Part shown: positions 39,785 to 49,789 of the stretch, piece after piece
Layout: every line of letters begins with the position of its first letter
How positions within the stretch are numbered: position 1 is the first letter of the stretch
Source: an uncultured bacterium
Lineage (GTDB): Bacteria; Babelota; Babeliae; Babelales; Vermiphilaceae
Assembly: GCA_963702025.1 (NCBI GenBank)
Contig: OY969699.1
Coordinates: forward strand, 1,120,001-1,184,000
Length of the DNA: 64,000 nucleotides
Direction: 5' to 3'
Notes under the pieces: generated by a model
Database searches by the model: none
What the model saw: the letters and a program-made list of their open reading frames with translations, nothing else
Told to the model about the DNA's origin: nothing
Position numbers and translations under genes: made by a program

Positions 39785-40429
39785 ATGAAATTTGGTGTGA
39801 TCGGTCTTGGTAGATTTGGTCATGATGTTGCCACATTACTTGCAGAAAATGGCATGGAAGTATTAGCGGTCGATGACAATGAATCAATCATTACCTCGAT
39901 TCGAGATAATGTAACCCAGGCAATCTGTTTACGAATTACCGATGAGGCATCCTTGCGCAGCATTGGCATGGATGAAATGGACACGGTAATTGTTGCCATG
40001 GGAGAAAATATAGCGCAATCAATTCTCATTACTGCATTGCTCAAAAAACGGCTGCATGTAAAAAAAGTAATTACTCGCGCAGTTAATGATATCCATAAAG
40101 AGATTCTCACCTTGGTAGGCGCCGATCAAGTAATATTGCCAGAAAAAGAGGTAGGGATTCATCTGGCTGATCGCTTGAGTTCCCCTTTTATTGACCTGTT
40201 GCGCATCACCAAAGATTTTTCTGTAAGCCAGCTGTTGGCCCCCAAAAAAATGGTGGGCAAAAAAGTGTCTGATTTAGATTTATATGAGAATTATCAAATC
40301 TACTGCATTGGGATCAAAGATGAGGGTGAGGAGATTCATTCAATCGATCCTGATCACGTTATTACCGCAACCGATTGGCTGGTATTTTCTGGTAGCAAAA
40401 AGAATTTAGAGAAAATTACGAAATTATAG
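39785..40429 (+). CDS. trkA: Trk/Ktr potassium uptake RCK subunit
   Basis: VIGLGRFG and GADQVILPE motifs. Follows trkH. Confidence 0.92.
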   Translation: MKFGVIGLGRFGHDVATLLAENGMEVLAVDDNESIITSIRDNVTQAICLRITDEASLRSIGMDEMDTVIVAMGENIAQSILITALLKKRLHVKKVITRAVNDIHKEILTLVGADQVILPEKEVGIHLADRLSSPFIDLLRITKDFSVSQLLAPKKMVGKKVSDLDLYENYQIYCIGIKDEGEEIHSIDPDHVITATDWLVFSGSKKNLEKITKL

Positions 40430-40475
40430 GCCTGATCTATTCATCTACCCACAATTGCCTTTAAAAAAGACGAGA

Positions 40476-40498
40476 GGCTAGAGAAATTATCTCTAGCC
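40476..40498. terminator. Hairpin between convergent trkA and rplU
   Basis: ggctagagaaattatctctagcc. Confidence 0.6.
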
Positions 40499-40528
40499 CC
40501 GAATATTTTGTATAACCGTTGGTGTGTT

Positions 40529-40879
40529 TCAGATCGATTCAAAACGAATAACGGTCAAATGTGCCCGACTATTCTTTTGAACGCTTACCTTTTTACGGCG
40601 TTTGAAGCGAAGGGAGACCTTTTTTGGTCCTTTCATTTGCTTTACAATCACCGCAGTAACTGAACCATTAAGATATGGCTTGCCAATCTCAAAATTATTG
40701 TCACCTGATTTGCGCAAGAGAACTTCTTTAAATTCTACTTTTGCGCCCGGTTCACCCTCGATACGATCGATAGCCAAAGTTTTGCCTTCAACTGCTTGAT
40801 ATTGTTTCATACCACGCTGAAATATCGCGTATTTATCGAATGTGTGAATGTTATTATTTTCGTTATTGCTCTGTGCCAT
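40529..40879 (-). CDS. rplU: 50S ribosomal protein L21
   Basis: YAIFQRGMKQY, IGKPYL and KGPKKVSLRFKRRK motifs. Confidence 0.9.
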   Translation of the reverse strand: MAQSNNENNNIHTFDKYAIFQRGMKQYQAVEGKTLAIDRIEGEPGAKVEFKEVLLRKSGDNNFEIGKPYLNGSVTAVIVKQMKGPKKVSLRFKRRKKVSVQKNSRAHLTVIRFESI

Positions 40880-41095
40880 CTTCAAGAATCCTATTGATGA
40901 TGAATCATAATTTTCGTCATTTATAAAGCATTTTAACAAATATTCTCGGGAAGGTCTACTGCAAATTACATAAGAAATAAAGTTCTTATATTGTCCAATT
41001 ATTTCTATTAGGAAATTTATTTTTGAGATTTGCAAATTCCTTTTACTATGATATGTTAAAAATATAATCTTTTCTATCCTGGAGGTCTTCTTAAA

Positions 41096-41341
41096 ATGAA
41101 AAAATTATCAACTATCTTACTTACTGTACTTTTAACAGGTTCAGCGTTTACGAGAACGCAGGGCAGCCCACGAGTGGTCAACCTTAGCACCTTACGCGCT
41201 TTAGCAGTTGCTGGGGCAACGAGCCTTGGTTGTTTCGCTGCAAAAAAACTGTTGCGCGAAGGGCATCCTATCGTGGCAAAAGGTGTAGCCCTTGCATGCT
41301 TTTTATTAGCGGCACAAACCGTTTCAGATATTGTTCAATAA
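41096..41341 (+). CDS. Small hypothetical membrane protein
   Basis: GGAGG RBS, signal peptide and hydrophobic segments. Confidence 0.6.
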   Translation: MKKLSTILLTVLLTGSAFTRTQGSPRVVNLSTLRALAVAGATSLGCFAAKKLLREGHPIVAKGVALACFLLAAQTVSDIVQ

Positions 41342-41369
41342 TAGATTAATCGTATTAATGGTGGTTATC

Positions 41370-42173
41370 GTGTTCAATAAAATTCTTTTTATTTCAACAC
41401 TCTGCGCGTTGAGCAATCTCACCGCAACGGTCTATTTTCCCCAGGGCATGACAGCCGCGCACGTGCAAAAATCTCATGATGTTCAACTATTCTTGGATAT
41501 TCACCACGTATTGGCCAAAGAAGATAGTGGCGCACGTTTAGGAGCTATCGTGGGCAATATTTTTGACATCGCCTGGACAAAAATGACCGGCGATAAAGTC
41601 TGGAAAGAGATTAACAAATTACCAAAAGATCAAGATATTTCCGGCGAAGCACGCTATCTGATAGCGCTCAAACATGGCAACCATGATTTGGCAGAATGCA
41701 TTCGTGATGCGGCAAATGCTTATACACCACGCAAAGGCATGGAACAATTAGTTCGTGAGATTAAGGCTGCCGGCATCACGCAACGGCTCGCCTCAAATAT
41801 TGGTCCACGCTTTTTGGCAAACCTTGACGCAAAATTTAAAAAGAAACACCAATGCATGATTTTTGACATTATCAAACCGGGCAAAATTGTTGATTACAGC
41901 AAATATGGCAATCTATCATTGCCTACAAATATAAATCCGCTGCATCTGAGCCCTGTGACTAAATCGAATCCGGCATTCTATGACCTGTTAAAATCAACCT
42001 ACGCCAAAAACAAAAATTCAGTATTCATCTTAGTTGATGATAATCTGGATAACATTAAAAAAGCGCAGAGCAAAGGAATAATCGGAATTCATTTTGATTT
42101 TTCAAAGAAAAAATGCGTAGAAAAATTACGGGCGGAATTGATGGCGCTCGGTATTTTTAATTACAAAAAATGA
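41370..42173 (+). CDS. Secreted HAD-superfamily protein (paralog 1)
   Basis: FLDIHHVL, LASN, KSNP and LVDD motifs. GTG start and signal peptide. Confidence 0.75.
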   Translation: MFNKILFISTLCALSNLTATVYFPQGMTAAHVQKSHDVQLFLDIHHVLAKEDSGARLGAIVGNIFDIAWTKMTGDKVWKEINKLPKDQDISGEARYLIALKHGNHDLAECIRDAANAYTPRKGMEQLVREIKAAGITQRLASNIGPRFLANLDAKFKKKHQCMIFDIIKPGKIVDYSKYGNLSLPTNINPLHLSPVTKSNPAFYDLLKSTYAKNKNSVFILVDDNLDNIKKAQSKGIIGIHFDFSKKKCVEKLRAELMALGIFNYKK

Positions 42174-42235
42174 AGAGGTGGGTTTATTTGAAACATTTTT
42201 AAAGAAATCAAACATATATAGAGGAGTATATTCAT

Positions 42236-43084
42236 ATGTTGAGATCGCAATCACTTTTATTTTCATTCCTAGTTAGTTGTTTGCCAGCAGGATCAGCACT
42301 GGCCAATCAGACTATTTTCTTTCCGGAAAATATGAAACCTGAGCACGTGCAAGCAGCGCCAAAAGAATTGGCATACAACGTATATAACACATTATATGTC
42401 CGCGAACATGGCAAAGCACTGCTCTACAGCCTTGCCTGCGCGAGACATCCCTTAATCACTGCATCATTACTTGGCCGTCTTGGTTACGGTTATACCACTG
42501 GAACCCAAAACTCAATTCGCACTGCACTCGATGGCATGAAGGATTTACCAAAATTCACTGCCGCAGAAGGATATTTACAATGGTTTAAATCATGCGGCGA
42601 ATTCGGCCTAGCAAAAATTGCACAAGAAGTTGCCGTTGCCTGCAAACCAGTTCCTGGCATGAGCACTCTAACTTCTGAAATTGCTAAAGAAGGTATCGCG
42701 CAACGAATCGCTACTAATAATAGCCTTCGTATTCAACAAGCAATTGAACAACGCCTGCAAGATCGGTATAGCGATGTAACGTTTGCTCCGATAACCATCG
42801 GCAAAACGGTCGATTATTCTGCACACGGCCCTGAAAAAGATGTTGCTACTAACCCAAAGCTGGTAACAACGTTCCGTAAGCCAAAAAAAGGATATTTTGA
42901 TGCTTACAATCAAGCACACAATCCTGATAACAGCAAAATCATCATCTATATTTCCGAATCGCCTGAAATTATTAACAAAGCGGTAAAGAATGGTTGGGTG
43001 GGCATTTATTTTGATGCAAGCAAACCTGAATGTTCAATTGAACAGCTTCGAGCTGATTTAGTAAAACTTGGTGTTTTGAAATAA
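42236..43084 (+). CDS. Secreted HAD-like protein (paralog 2, catalytic Asp residues lost)
   Basis: Colinear with its neighbours, but AYNVYNTL and YISES replace the motif I and motif IV Asp residues. Confidence 0.72.
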   Translation: MLRSQSLLFSFLVSCLPAGSALANQTIFFPENMKPEHVQAAPKELAYNVYNTLYVREHGKALLYSLACARHPLITASLLGRLGYGYTTGTQNSIRTALDGMKDLPKFTAAEGYLQWFKSCGEFGLAKIAQEVAVACKPVPGMSTLTSEIAKEGIAQRIATNNSLRIQQAIEQRLQDRYSDVTFAPITIGKTVDYSAHGPEKDVATNPKLVTTFRKPKKGYFDAYNQAHNPDNSKIIIYISESPEIINKAVKNGWVGIYFDASKPECSIEQLRADLVKLGVLK

Positions 43085-43147
43085 TACCAGTTGTTAAATA
43101 GTAATCCCGGCTCTTTTTTAAGGGCCGGGTATTTAAGAGGAAAAATA

Positions 43148-44020
43148 ATGTTTAAAAAATCATTACTCTTAATTACCATCTTAACTCTGACTCTTACGAA
43201 TCTTTCTGCAGTTGTCTATTATCCCAAAGATATGGATGCACAAGAAGTGAGAACAGCACAAAAAGATATTGCATGGGATATTCATAACGTCTTGGCACAA
43301 AAAGAATCAAGCAGACTGGGCAAAACATTTGCTGAAGTAAAAAAATATGCATGCACATTCACCCATGCGCCATTGTCAGTGTTAACCAATGCCAGTTCAT
43401 ATTTCTGGGCAACAATGTGGGGCACCCAAAATGCGGTCACCAGTGCCATGACTGATATGAAAAATCTGCCAAAATCGGTGGATTCATCCGGCGAAGCATA
43501 CTCAACTATTTGCCGCAAACACCAATTATTTGGCCTCGCCGCATTCATTGAGCAGGTCTCAAATGCGTATAAACCGCGCCCAGGCATGACAGAATTAGTA
43601 AAACAGTTACATGAAAAAGGCATCACGCAACGCCTTGCATCAAACATTGGACCACGATTGTTGACATTGCTGGATCATAAACTCACGCAAGAATATAATT
43701 GCGATATGTTCAAGTATATTCAAATGGGTAAGATTGTTGATTATAGCAAATACGGCAACCCTGAAAGCACGCCCCTTCTTGATGCTAGCTATATGGCAAC
43801 TACCGGTAAACCAGAGCTCGAATTCTATACTCAATTTAATGAGACTTACCCATTACCACAAGGCACATACCGAATTTTTATTGATGATAAAATGGAAAAT
43901 ATCAACGCAGCACTGAGCGCAGGATGGGTTGGCATTCACTTTGATATCACCAATAAAAATGTTGATCCTGTTGCAGAATTAATAAAAGATTTAGCAACAG
44001 TTGGTATAATACTGCGATAA
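43148..44020 (+). CDS. Secreted HAD-superfamily protein (paralog 3)
   Basis: AWDIHNVL, LASN, GKPELEFY and FIDDKMEN motifs, plus a signal peptide. Confidence 0.78.
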   Translation: MFKKSLLLITILTLTLTNLSAVVYYPKDMDAQEVRTAQKDIAWDIHNVLAQKESSRLGKTFAEVKKYACTFTHAPLSVLTNASSYFWATMWGTQNAVTSAMTDMKNLPKSVDSSGEAYSTICRKHQLFGLAAFIEQVSNAYKPRPGMTELVKQLHEKGITQRLASNIGPRLLTLLDHKLTQEYNCDMFKYIQMGKIVDYSKYGNPESTPLLDASYMATTGKPELEFYTQFNETYPLPQGTYRIFIDDKMENINAALSAGWVGIHFDITNKNVDPVAELIKDLATVGIILR

Positions 44021-44038
44021 TACAAAACCTTTTCCAAG

Positions 44039-44062
44039 TACCCGGCCCTCAAAGGCCGGGTA
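44039..44062. terminator. Hairpin between convergent genes (similar hairpin at about 43105-43130)
   Basis: tacccggccctcaaaggccgggta. Confidence 0.65.
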
Positions 44063-44067
44063 TTCTT

Positions 44068-45261
44068 TTACCTAATCGATTCATAGCCGCCAAGCATACC
44101 ATTTTTAGAAAGAACGATCTGCCACAATTGAATGCCCCGTGCTCTAAATAATGCGGCACAAGATAATAAATAATATTTCCACATGCGGTAGAATCGATCA
44201 CCATATTTTTTTTGCAACTCTGGCCAATGCTTTTCAAAATTAGCATCCCACGCCATTAAAGTTTTATCGTAATCAGCCCCAAAATTGTGCCAATCTTCCA
44301 TTACAAATAATCCTTCGATTGCAGTCCCTATTTGAGCGATAGAAGGAAGCATACCATTGGTGAAAATATATTTATTGATCCATTCATCGCCGGTGGTGTA
44401 AGAATAATTGCCCCCGATGGTATGCAAGAGCAGCAATCCATCATCTTTTAATGCGTGATGGCAAACCTGCATAAATGTTTGATAATTTTTATACCCAACA
44501 TGCTCAAACATGCCAACACTCACAATGCGATCAAATGTTTCATGTAAGTCGCGATAATCTTGTAACCGAATTTCTACCGGATAACCGGCGGCAATTTTTT
44601 GCGCATATGCTGCTTGTTCTTTTGAAACGGTAACGCCGACAACGTTCACCCCATAATTTTGCGCCGCATAAAGCGCCAACCCGCCCCAACCGCAGCCAAT
44701 ATCAAGCAATTTCATGCCCGGTTTTAATTGTAATTTTTTGCAAATCAATGCCAATTTATCTATTTGCGCCTGCTCGAGAGTTTGTGCTTTTTTCCAATAA
44801 CCGCATGAATAGACCATACGCGAATCGAGCATTGCTTTAAAAAGATCATCACCTAAATCATAATGTTGCTCACCAACTGCAAATGCACGGGATTTTGATT
44901 GCATATTGATCAACTTGGATTTGAGTACCGAAAGTATCGTATTCAAATTCTTGGGCGCTTTGTTAACCAGATCTGCACGAAACAGTTTGAAAAAAAATTG
45001 ATCCAATGCCGGGCTATCCCACCATGCGTCCATGTATGCTTCACCGAGCCCCAGCGATCCTTGACCCATTACCCGCGGGTATAAATCGGGGTTATGCACG
45101 GCAATATCCCACGAGCGGTCACCGTTGATAGTGATATCAGCTTTTGCCAAAAGATCCTTTGCCACCAGTGCCGGATCCGAGTGCATGATTTTTTGAATCC
45201 CAAAAAAAAGAAGAATAAAAAAAGCTAACAAACCAAGTAAAAGAACCAGTTTTCGTCTCAT
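44068..45261 (-). CDS. cfa: Cyclopropane-fatty-acyl-phospholipid synthase
   Basis: HYDLG, MVYSCGYW, LDIGCGWGG, SVGMFEHVG and RMWKYYL motifs. Confidence 0.95.
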   Translation of the reverse strand: MRRKLVLLLGLLAFFILLFFGIQKIMHSDPALVAKDLLAKADITINGDRSWDIAVHNPDLYPRVMGQGSLGLGEAYMDAWWDSPALDQFFFKLFRADLVNKAPKNLNTILSVLKSKLINMQSKSRAFAVGEQHYDLGDDLFKAMLDSRMVYSCGYWKKAQTLEQAQIDKLALICKKLQLKPGMKLLDIGCGWGGLALYAAQNYGVNVVGVTVSKEQAAYAQKIAAGYPVEIRLQDYRDLHETFDRIVSVGMFEHVGYKNYQTFMQVCHHALKDDGLLLLHTIGGNYSYTTGDEWINKYIFTNGMLPSIAQIGTAIEGLFVMEDWHNFGADYDKTLMAWDANFEKHWPELQKKYGDRFYRMWKYYLLSCAALFRARGIQLWQIVLSKNGMLGGYESIR

Positions 45262-45398
45262 TTGTTTTGCCCCCAAAGAGAACGCGATATATATACTCAG
45301 TATTGAAAAGAAAGAGCCGGAAAGTAAATAGAATTGCTCTTTTTATGATATTCCGTATAATTACACGTAGTTATTTCAATTCTATTTACGGAGACACC

Positions 45399-45821
45399 AT
45401 GACATTAATAAAAAACAAACTCCACACAATGCTTATTTCAGCATTCCTGACCACATCTCTTACCGGACAAAAAATGTATGCCAATGACCCTCGTGTAATA
45501 GGTACCGTAGCTATAGGCATTGTGATTGCTTCAGGTGGCGTTTATGAATTGCTTAAAGAGAAAAGTAGACCATTTAAAGGCTTGGTATTACTTGGCTTAG
45601 GCACCACAATTGCCGTTAATAGCAATGCTATTTGCAGAGGAGAAATTTCTAAAAACCTTCTTACTGGCGGATCAAATATCATCGATCGTATTTCCATTCG
45701 TTGTGGGGGACAACCACTTGGTATCGGTGCCTATGCCGCCGAAGGATGGAGTGAGTTTTCAGGTGGAGTACGTCAAGGATTCAATCAAGCTTTGACTGCA
45801 ATTAAAAGAAAATTAAGTTAA
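45399..45821 (+). CDS. Hypothetical membrane protein
   Basis: GGAG RBS and Gly-rich hydrophobic segments. Confidence 0.6.
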   Translation: MTLIKNKLHTMLISAFLTTSLTGQKMYANDPRVIGTVAIGIVIASGGVYELLKEKSRPFKGLVLLGLGTTIAVNSNAICRGEISKNLLTGGSNIIDRISIRCGGQPLGIGAYAAEGWSEFSGGVRQGFNQALTAIKRKLS

Positions 45822-45853
45822 TAAATACATTCTTTTTAACAACTGGATTTTTT

Positions 45854-46231
45854 ATGAAAAAGCAATCACTCTCATTATTTATTGTTCTGATATCAAGCGG
45901 CGTACAGATTACCGCAGCTGATCATCACCATAAACCGCATCATGAAGAAATAAATATTAATATCAATGGCACTGAACAATGCCCGGCACAAGAAAGAAAT
46001 GTTTGGGCTAAAATTGGAGCAATGGGCGTTCAAATTGCTGAAAAACGGTCGGGCTACATTTCATTTGCAACGGGTCTTGGCTACCTTTATCTCGCTCGTG
46101 ACAACTTTAATAATGACAAAAAAGCACTGATTACTATTGCAAAAGGTTTAGGAATCTGGTTTTTTGTTGGTGCGGGACTCAATACTGGAATGAAAGCAAT
46201 TATGTCCCAATGGAATATCCCTAAACTCTAG
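45854..46231 (+). CDS. Hypothetical exported/membrane protein with His-rich segment
   Basis: Signal peptide, DHHHKPHHEE, then two hydrophobic segments. Confidence 0.62.
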   Translation: MKKQSLSLFIVLISSGVQITAADHHHKPHHEEINININGTEQCPAQERNVWAKIGAMGVQIAEKRSGYISFATGLGYLYLARDNFNNDKKALITIAKGLGIWFFVGAGLNTGMKAIMSQWNIPKL

Positions 46232-46327
46232 AGCTCAACCCGAAAAAACCTCTTCTTGACATAATTTCTAGCCCTGATAGAATTAATTACAGATAGAAAA
46301 TATTAAAAAGAGAAAAATGGAGGTTAT

Positions 46328-47239
46328 ATGAAATTTAATAGTTATTCAAAGCAGATTTTAGGGTTATTTTTAGCATTGGGAGCTTTAAGCTGTTTAGCTC
46401 TTTATAATGCAGTATCATTCAAAAATGAGCCAAAATTGGCCATTTTTGACCCTAAAGCTGAGGCCAGTCCCAAACAGACAGTCCAAGAGATTGCTGCTTC
46501 GGGTTCAGATGTGGCTCAAACCTTACAAAAACAGCTTACGCAAGAGCAAAATGCTAATCGCAAGGCCCTTCAAGAGGCCTTTCCTTTACCTGACAATCAA
46601 TGGCGAGATTTAGCCCTGGAATTCGCCGATTTTATGGCCAAAGATGATCTTTTTAGCAGCAAACCTGCTAAAAGTAAGCCTGAAGAAGGTAAGCATAAAC
46701 TTGTTACCAAAATAGAAGAATTATTAATCAGTTATGGCATGAATCCTGAGCGAGTGGTGATTAATTGTAGCCAAGAGCCAACCAGCTTTATCTGCACTAA
46801 TCAAAGCGTTAACGGTGATTTGAAAATTGTACACTATTTTGAAGTCAACCTCTCTAAATTAGAGAAATTCCCTGCTGCCATTCAAGAAACCTTAATTCGC
46901 CATGAACTCATGCATCTCTTTAATTATGACTCACTTGATCTGGCATTGATCCAAGCATTGTTTACTAAAAATAATATTTTGCCCGAAAACTATTGCAATC
47001 ACCCAGCATATGCAGCATTTAACAGACATCAGGAATACCGCGCAGATTTAATGGCCGCCGGCAATGATATTGGGCGCGCACAGACGTTTATGAAAGATTT
47101 TCAGCGCTATATAGATGCATTCCCGGAAGATCAAGAAAATCCAACTCATGTTACTCATCCAACCGAAAAACAACGCCATGCAGTAATGTCACAATTGGCA
47201 AGTTATTTATCGATTGAAAAAGAGATTGCTTCAGCTTAA
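46328..47239 (+). CDS. M48-like zinc metallopeptidase, exported
   Basis: HELMH, EYRAD and THP motifs, with an N-terminal signal/TM. Confidence 0.78.
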   Translation: MKFNSYSKQILGLFLALGALSCLALYNAVSFKNEPKLAIFDPKAEASPKQTVQEIAASGSDVAQTLQKQLTQEQNANRKALQEAFPLPDNQWRDLALEFADFMAKDDLFSSKPAKSKPEEGKHKLVTKIEELLISYGMNPERVVINCSQEPTSFICTNQSVNGDLKIVHYFEVNLSKLEKFPAAIQETLIRHELMHLFNYDSLDLALIQALFTKNNILPENYCNHPAYAAFNRHQEYRADLMAAGNDIGRAQTFMKDFQRYIDAFPEDQENPTHVTHPTEKQRHAVMSQLASYLSIEKEIASA

Positions 47240-49786
47240 TTCTTTAATCTTCCACAAGAGATCAAAAGCCGCTTTGGGCGATAGGTTATCATAATCTATC
47301 CGCTGCAAGGCGGCTAATTTGTTTTTGTGCAAAAGTAGCTCTTGTTCAAGAGCTATAAGATTTTCATCCGCGCGAACTGCGCCCTGCACCACATGAGCAT
47401 GTGATTGCAAATCGGCGAGCAATTGCTGCGCGCGGCTAATCACTGCCGGCGGTAATTGAGCGAGTTTGGCAACTTCAACGCCAAAACTTCCTTGCGCAAT
47501 GCCCGGCATAATCTTATGTAAAAATTGAATGCCGTGTGCTGTTTTAGTGCTAGCCGCATGATAATTGGCAATGCCGGACAGCGTTGCAGCCAGCTGCGTT
47601 AATTCTTGATAATGGGTTGCAAATAAGCAACGAGCTTTAATTGCCGCGTGAATATATTCAATTACTGCTTGGGCAATAGCCAAACCATCATAGGTACTTG
47701 TTCCTCTGCCCACTTCATCCAAAATCACCAAGCTATTTGCCGTTGCTTGTGTACAAATTGCCGCGGTTTCTTCCATCTCGACCAAAAAGGTACTTTTGCC
47801 TTGCGCCAAATTATCGCCTGCGCCAATGCGCGTAAAAATTCTATCAAGAATCGGTAGATTCGCGTGGCGCGCGGGCACAAAGCAGCCAATTTGGGCCATA
47901 ATATGCATTAATGCCACTTGCCGCAAATAGGTTGATTTTCCCCCCATATTGGGTCCGGTTATGATCCATGTGGCATGCGCATCATCGAGCAACGTATCAT
48001 TCGGGATAAATGCATGCCCCACCACTCTTTCAACAATCGGGTGGCGACCCTCTTGAATGGTAATTGCGCGCTCTTGATTAAAAATAGGCTTAACATAATT
48101 ATGCCCATACGCAATGCGGGAGAATCCAAACAATGCATCAAGGTTGGCAAGCGCGTGGGCAAGTTTACGCAAGGCGCCCGTTTGCGCATGAACCTCTTTT
48201 TTTATATTTTCAAAGATGGCTTTCTCGGCAAGTGCCGTCTGGCTATGCGCACGCATAATTTCTTGTTGCAATTCTTGCAGTTCCGGTGTCATATACCGTT
48301 CACGGCCCACGAGTGTTTGCTGACGCCGGTAGCGTTGCGGAATTGCATCAGCATGTGTTTTGGTAACTTCAATATAATAGCCGCTAATATTGTTGTATCG
48401 AATCTTTAATGAATTAATACCAGTTAATTTTTGCTCATGTGCCTCCAGCGCCATAATTTTTTGGGTACCCGTAAGACTCAATTCACGCAAATAATCTAAT
48501 TCTTGATCAAAGCCGGCTTTAATGATCCATTCTTTTGTTTGATCATCATTGAGCGATGCATTGAGCAATTGATAAAGCGTCTCAAAACCGGTGAGAGTCT
48601 GGGCCATGGCGCGCAAGAGCACTGCATCAGGCAAAGAAATAATAACGGTAAAAATTTTTGGCAAAAGTTCAAGAATATTCTTAAGATGCACATAATCATA
48701 CGTTGGCGCGCGGCCAAGCGCAATGCGCCCGACTATCCGCTCAGCATCTCCCAGTTGGCTGAGTAATTGTTCCAATTGCTGTATGGCAACGGTATTGTTT
48801 GAAAAATGCTCAACAATCTGCTGGCGCTGTTCAATGGCGGATTTTTTGATTAAGGGGCGCAACAGCCATTTTTTAATCATGCGTGAACCCATCGGAGTCA
48901 ACGCACCATCAACTGTTTCAAACAATGTATGTTTTCGACTGCCATCATTATTGTGAACAAGTTCTAAATTCTTTTGTGTTGCCGCGTCTAAGATTAAAAA
49001 ATCATCAGGCTCATACCAATGAAGTGTTTTAAATTGCTCTACAGCCGTTTGTTGCGTTTGGCGTAAATAGTTATAAAAATGTGCAACGGCTAATCGCAGT
49101 GATTCTTGAGAATCGATTTGTTTGGCCGACTGAGTGAGTTGCGCGTTCATCCAGGCATCAAAATCTGGATTTTCCGGACCTTCAACCACTGTAGTGGTGT
49201 AGCCAAGCTTTTTAAAATAGGATTCGTATGATTTTATTTTTTTATCGCTGGGGAGAATAATCTCATCGGGGAAAAAGCGAATGAGCTCTGATTCTAGTGC
49301 TTTTGGCGAATCGGCAGGAACCGTAGTTGCAAATAATTGCGCAGTCAAAAGTTCAGCAAATAATAATCCCCACTGCTCAGCACCGGGAAAAAAAGAAAAG
49401 AGATACGATGCATTTTTTTCATCGAGCAATCTTGAATCAGTTAAGGTGCCGGGCGTGAAAACTTGAGTTACCCCGCGCTCCACCACTTTGCCCGGTTTTG
49501 CCTCTTCAAGCTGATCGGCAAGCGCCACCTTAAATCCACCTTTGATCAACTTGGCCAAATAATGATCAAGAGCATGCACCGGAACACCGCACAGCGGAAT
49601 CGGCTCACCATTTACTTTGCCCCGTTTGGTGAGGGCAATACCAAGGAAGGCCGAAGCTTTGACCGCATCATCAAAAAATAGTTCATAAAAATCGCCGACT
49701 TGAAAAAATAACAGCGCATGCGGATACTGCTGCTTGATCGCATAGTATTGCTTCATTAACGGTGTTACATCGGCAGGAATTTGCAC
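47231..49786 (-). CDS. mutS: DNA mismatch repair protein MutS
   Basis: TPLMKQY, GDFYELF, TGPNMGGKSTYLRQ, STFLVEM, DEVGRGTST and ATHY motifs. Confidence 0.97.
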   Translation of the reverse strand: MQIPADVTPLMKQYYAIKQQYPHALLFFQVGDFYELFFDDAVKASAFLGIALTKRGKVNGEPIPLCGVPVHALDHYLAKLIKGGFKVALADQLEEAKPGKVVERGVTQVFTPGTLTDSRLLDEKNASYLFSFFPGAEQWGLLFAELLTAQLFATTVPADSPKALESELIRFFPDEIILPSDKKIKSYESYFKKLGYTTTVVEGPENPDFDAWMNAQLTQSAKQIDSQESLRLAVAHFYNYLRQTQQTAVEQFKTLHWYEPDDFLILDAATQKNLELVHNNDGSRKHTLFETVDGALTPMGSRMIKKWLLRPLIKKSAIEQRQQIVEHFSNNTVAIQQLEQLLSQLGDAERIVGRIALGRAPTYDYVHLKNILELLPKIFTVIISLPDAVLLRAMAQTLTGFETLYQLLNASLNDDQTKEWIIKAGFDQELDYLRELSLTGTQKIMALEAHEQKLTGINSLKIRYNNISGYYIEVTKTHADAIPQRYRRQQTLVGRERYMTPELQELQQEIMRAHSQTALAEKAIFENIKKEVHAQTGALRKLAHALANLDALFGFSRIAYGHNYVKPIFNQERAITIQEGRHPIVERVVGHAFIPNDTLLDDAHATWIITGPNMGGKSTYLRQVALMHIMAQIGCFVPARHANLPILDRIFTRIGAGDNLAQGKSTFLVEMEETAAICTQATANSLVILDEVGRGTSTYDGLAIAQAVIEYIHAAIKARCLFATHYQELTQLAATLSGIANYHAASTKTAHGIQFLHKIMPGIAQGSFGVEVAKLAQLPPAVISRAQQLLADLQSHAHVVQGAVRADENLIALEQELLLHKNKLAALQRIDYDNLSPKAAFDLLWKIKELS

Positions 49787-49789
49787 TGT

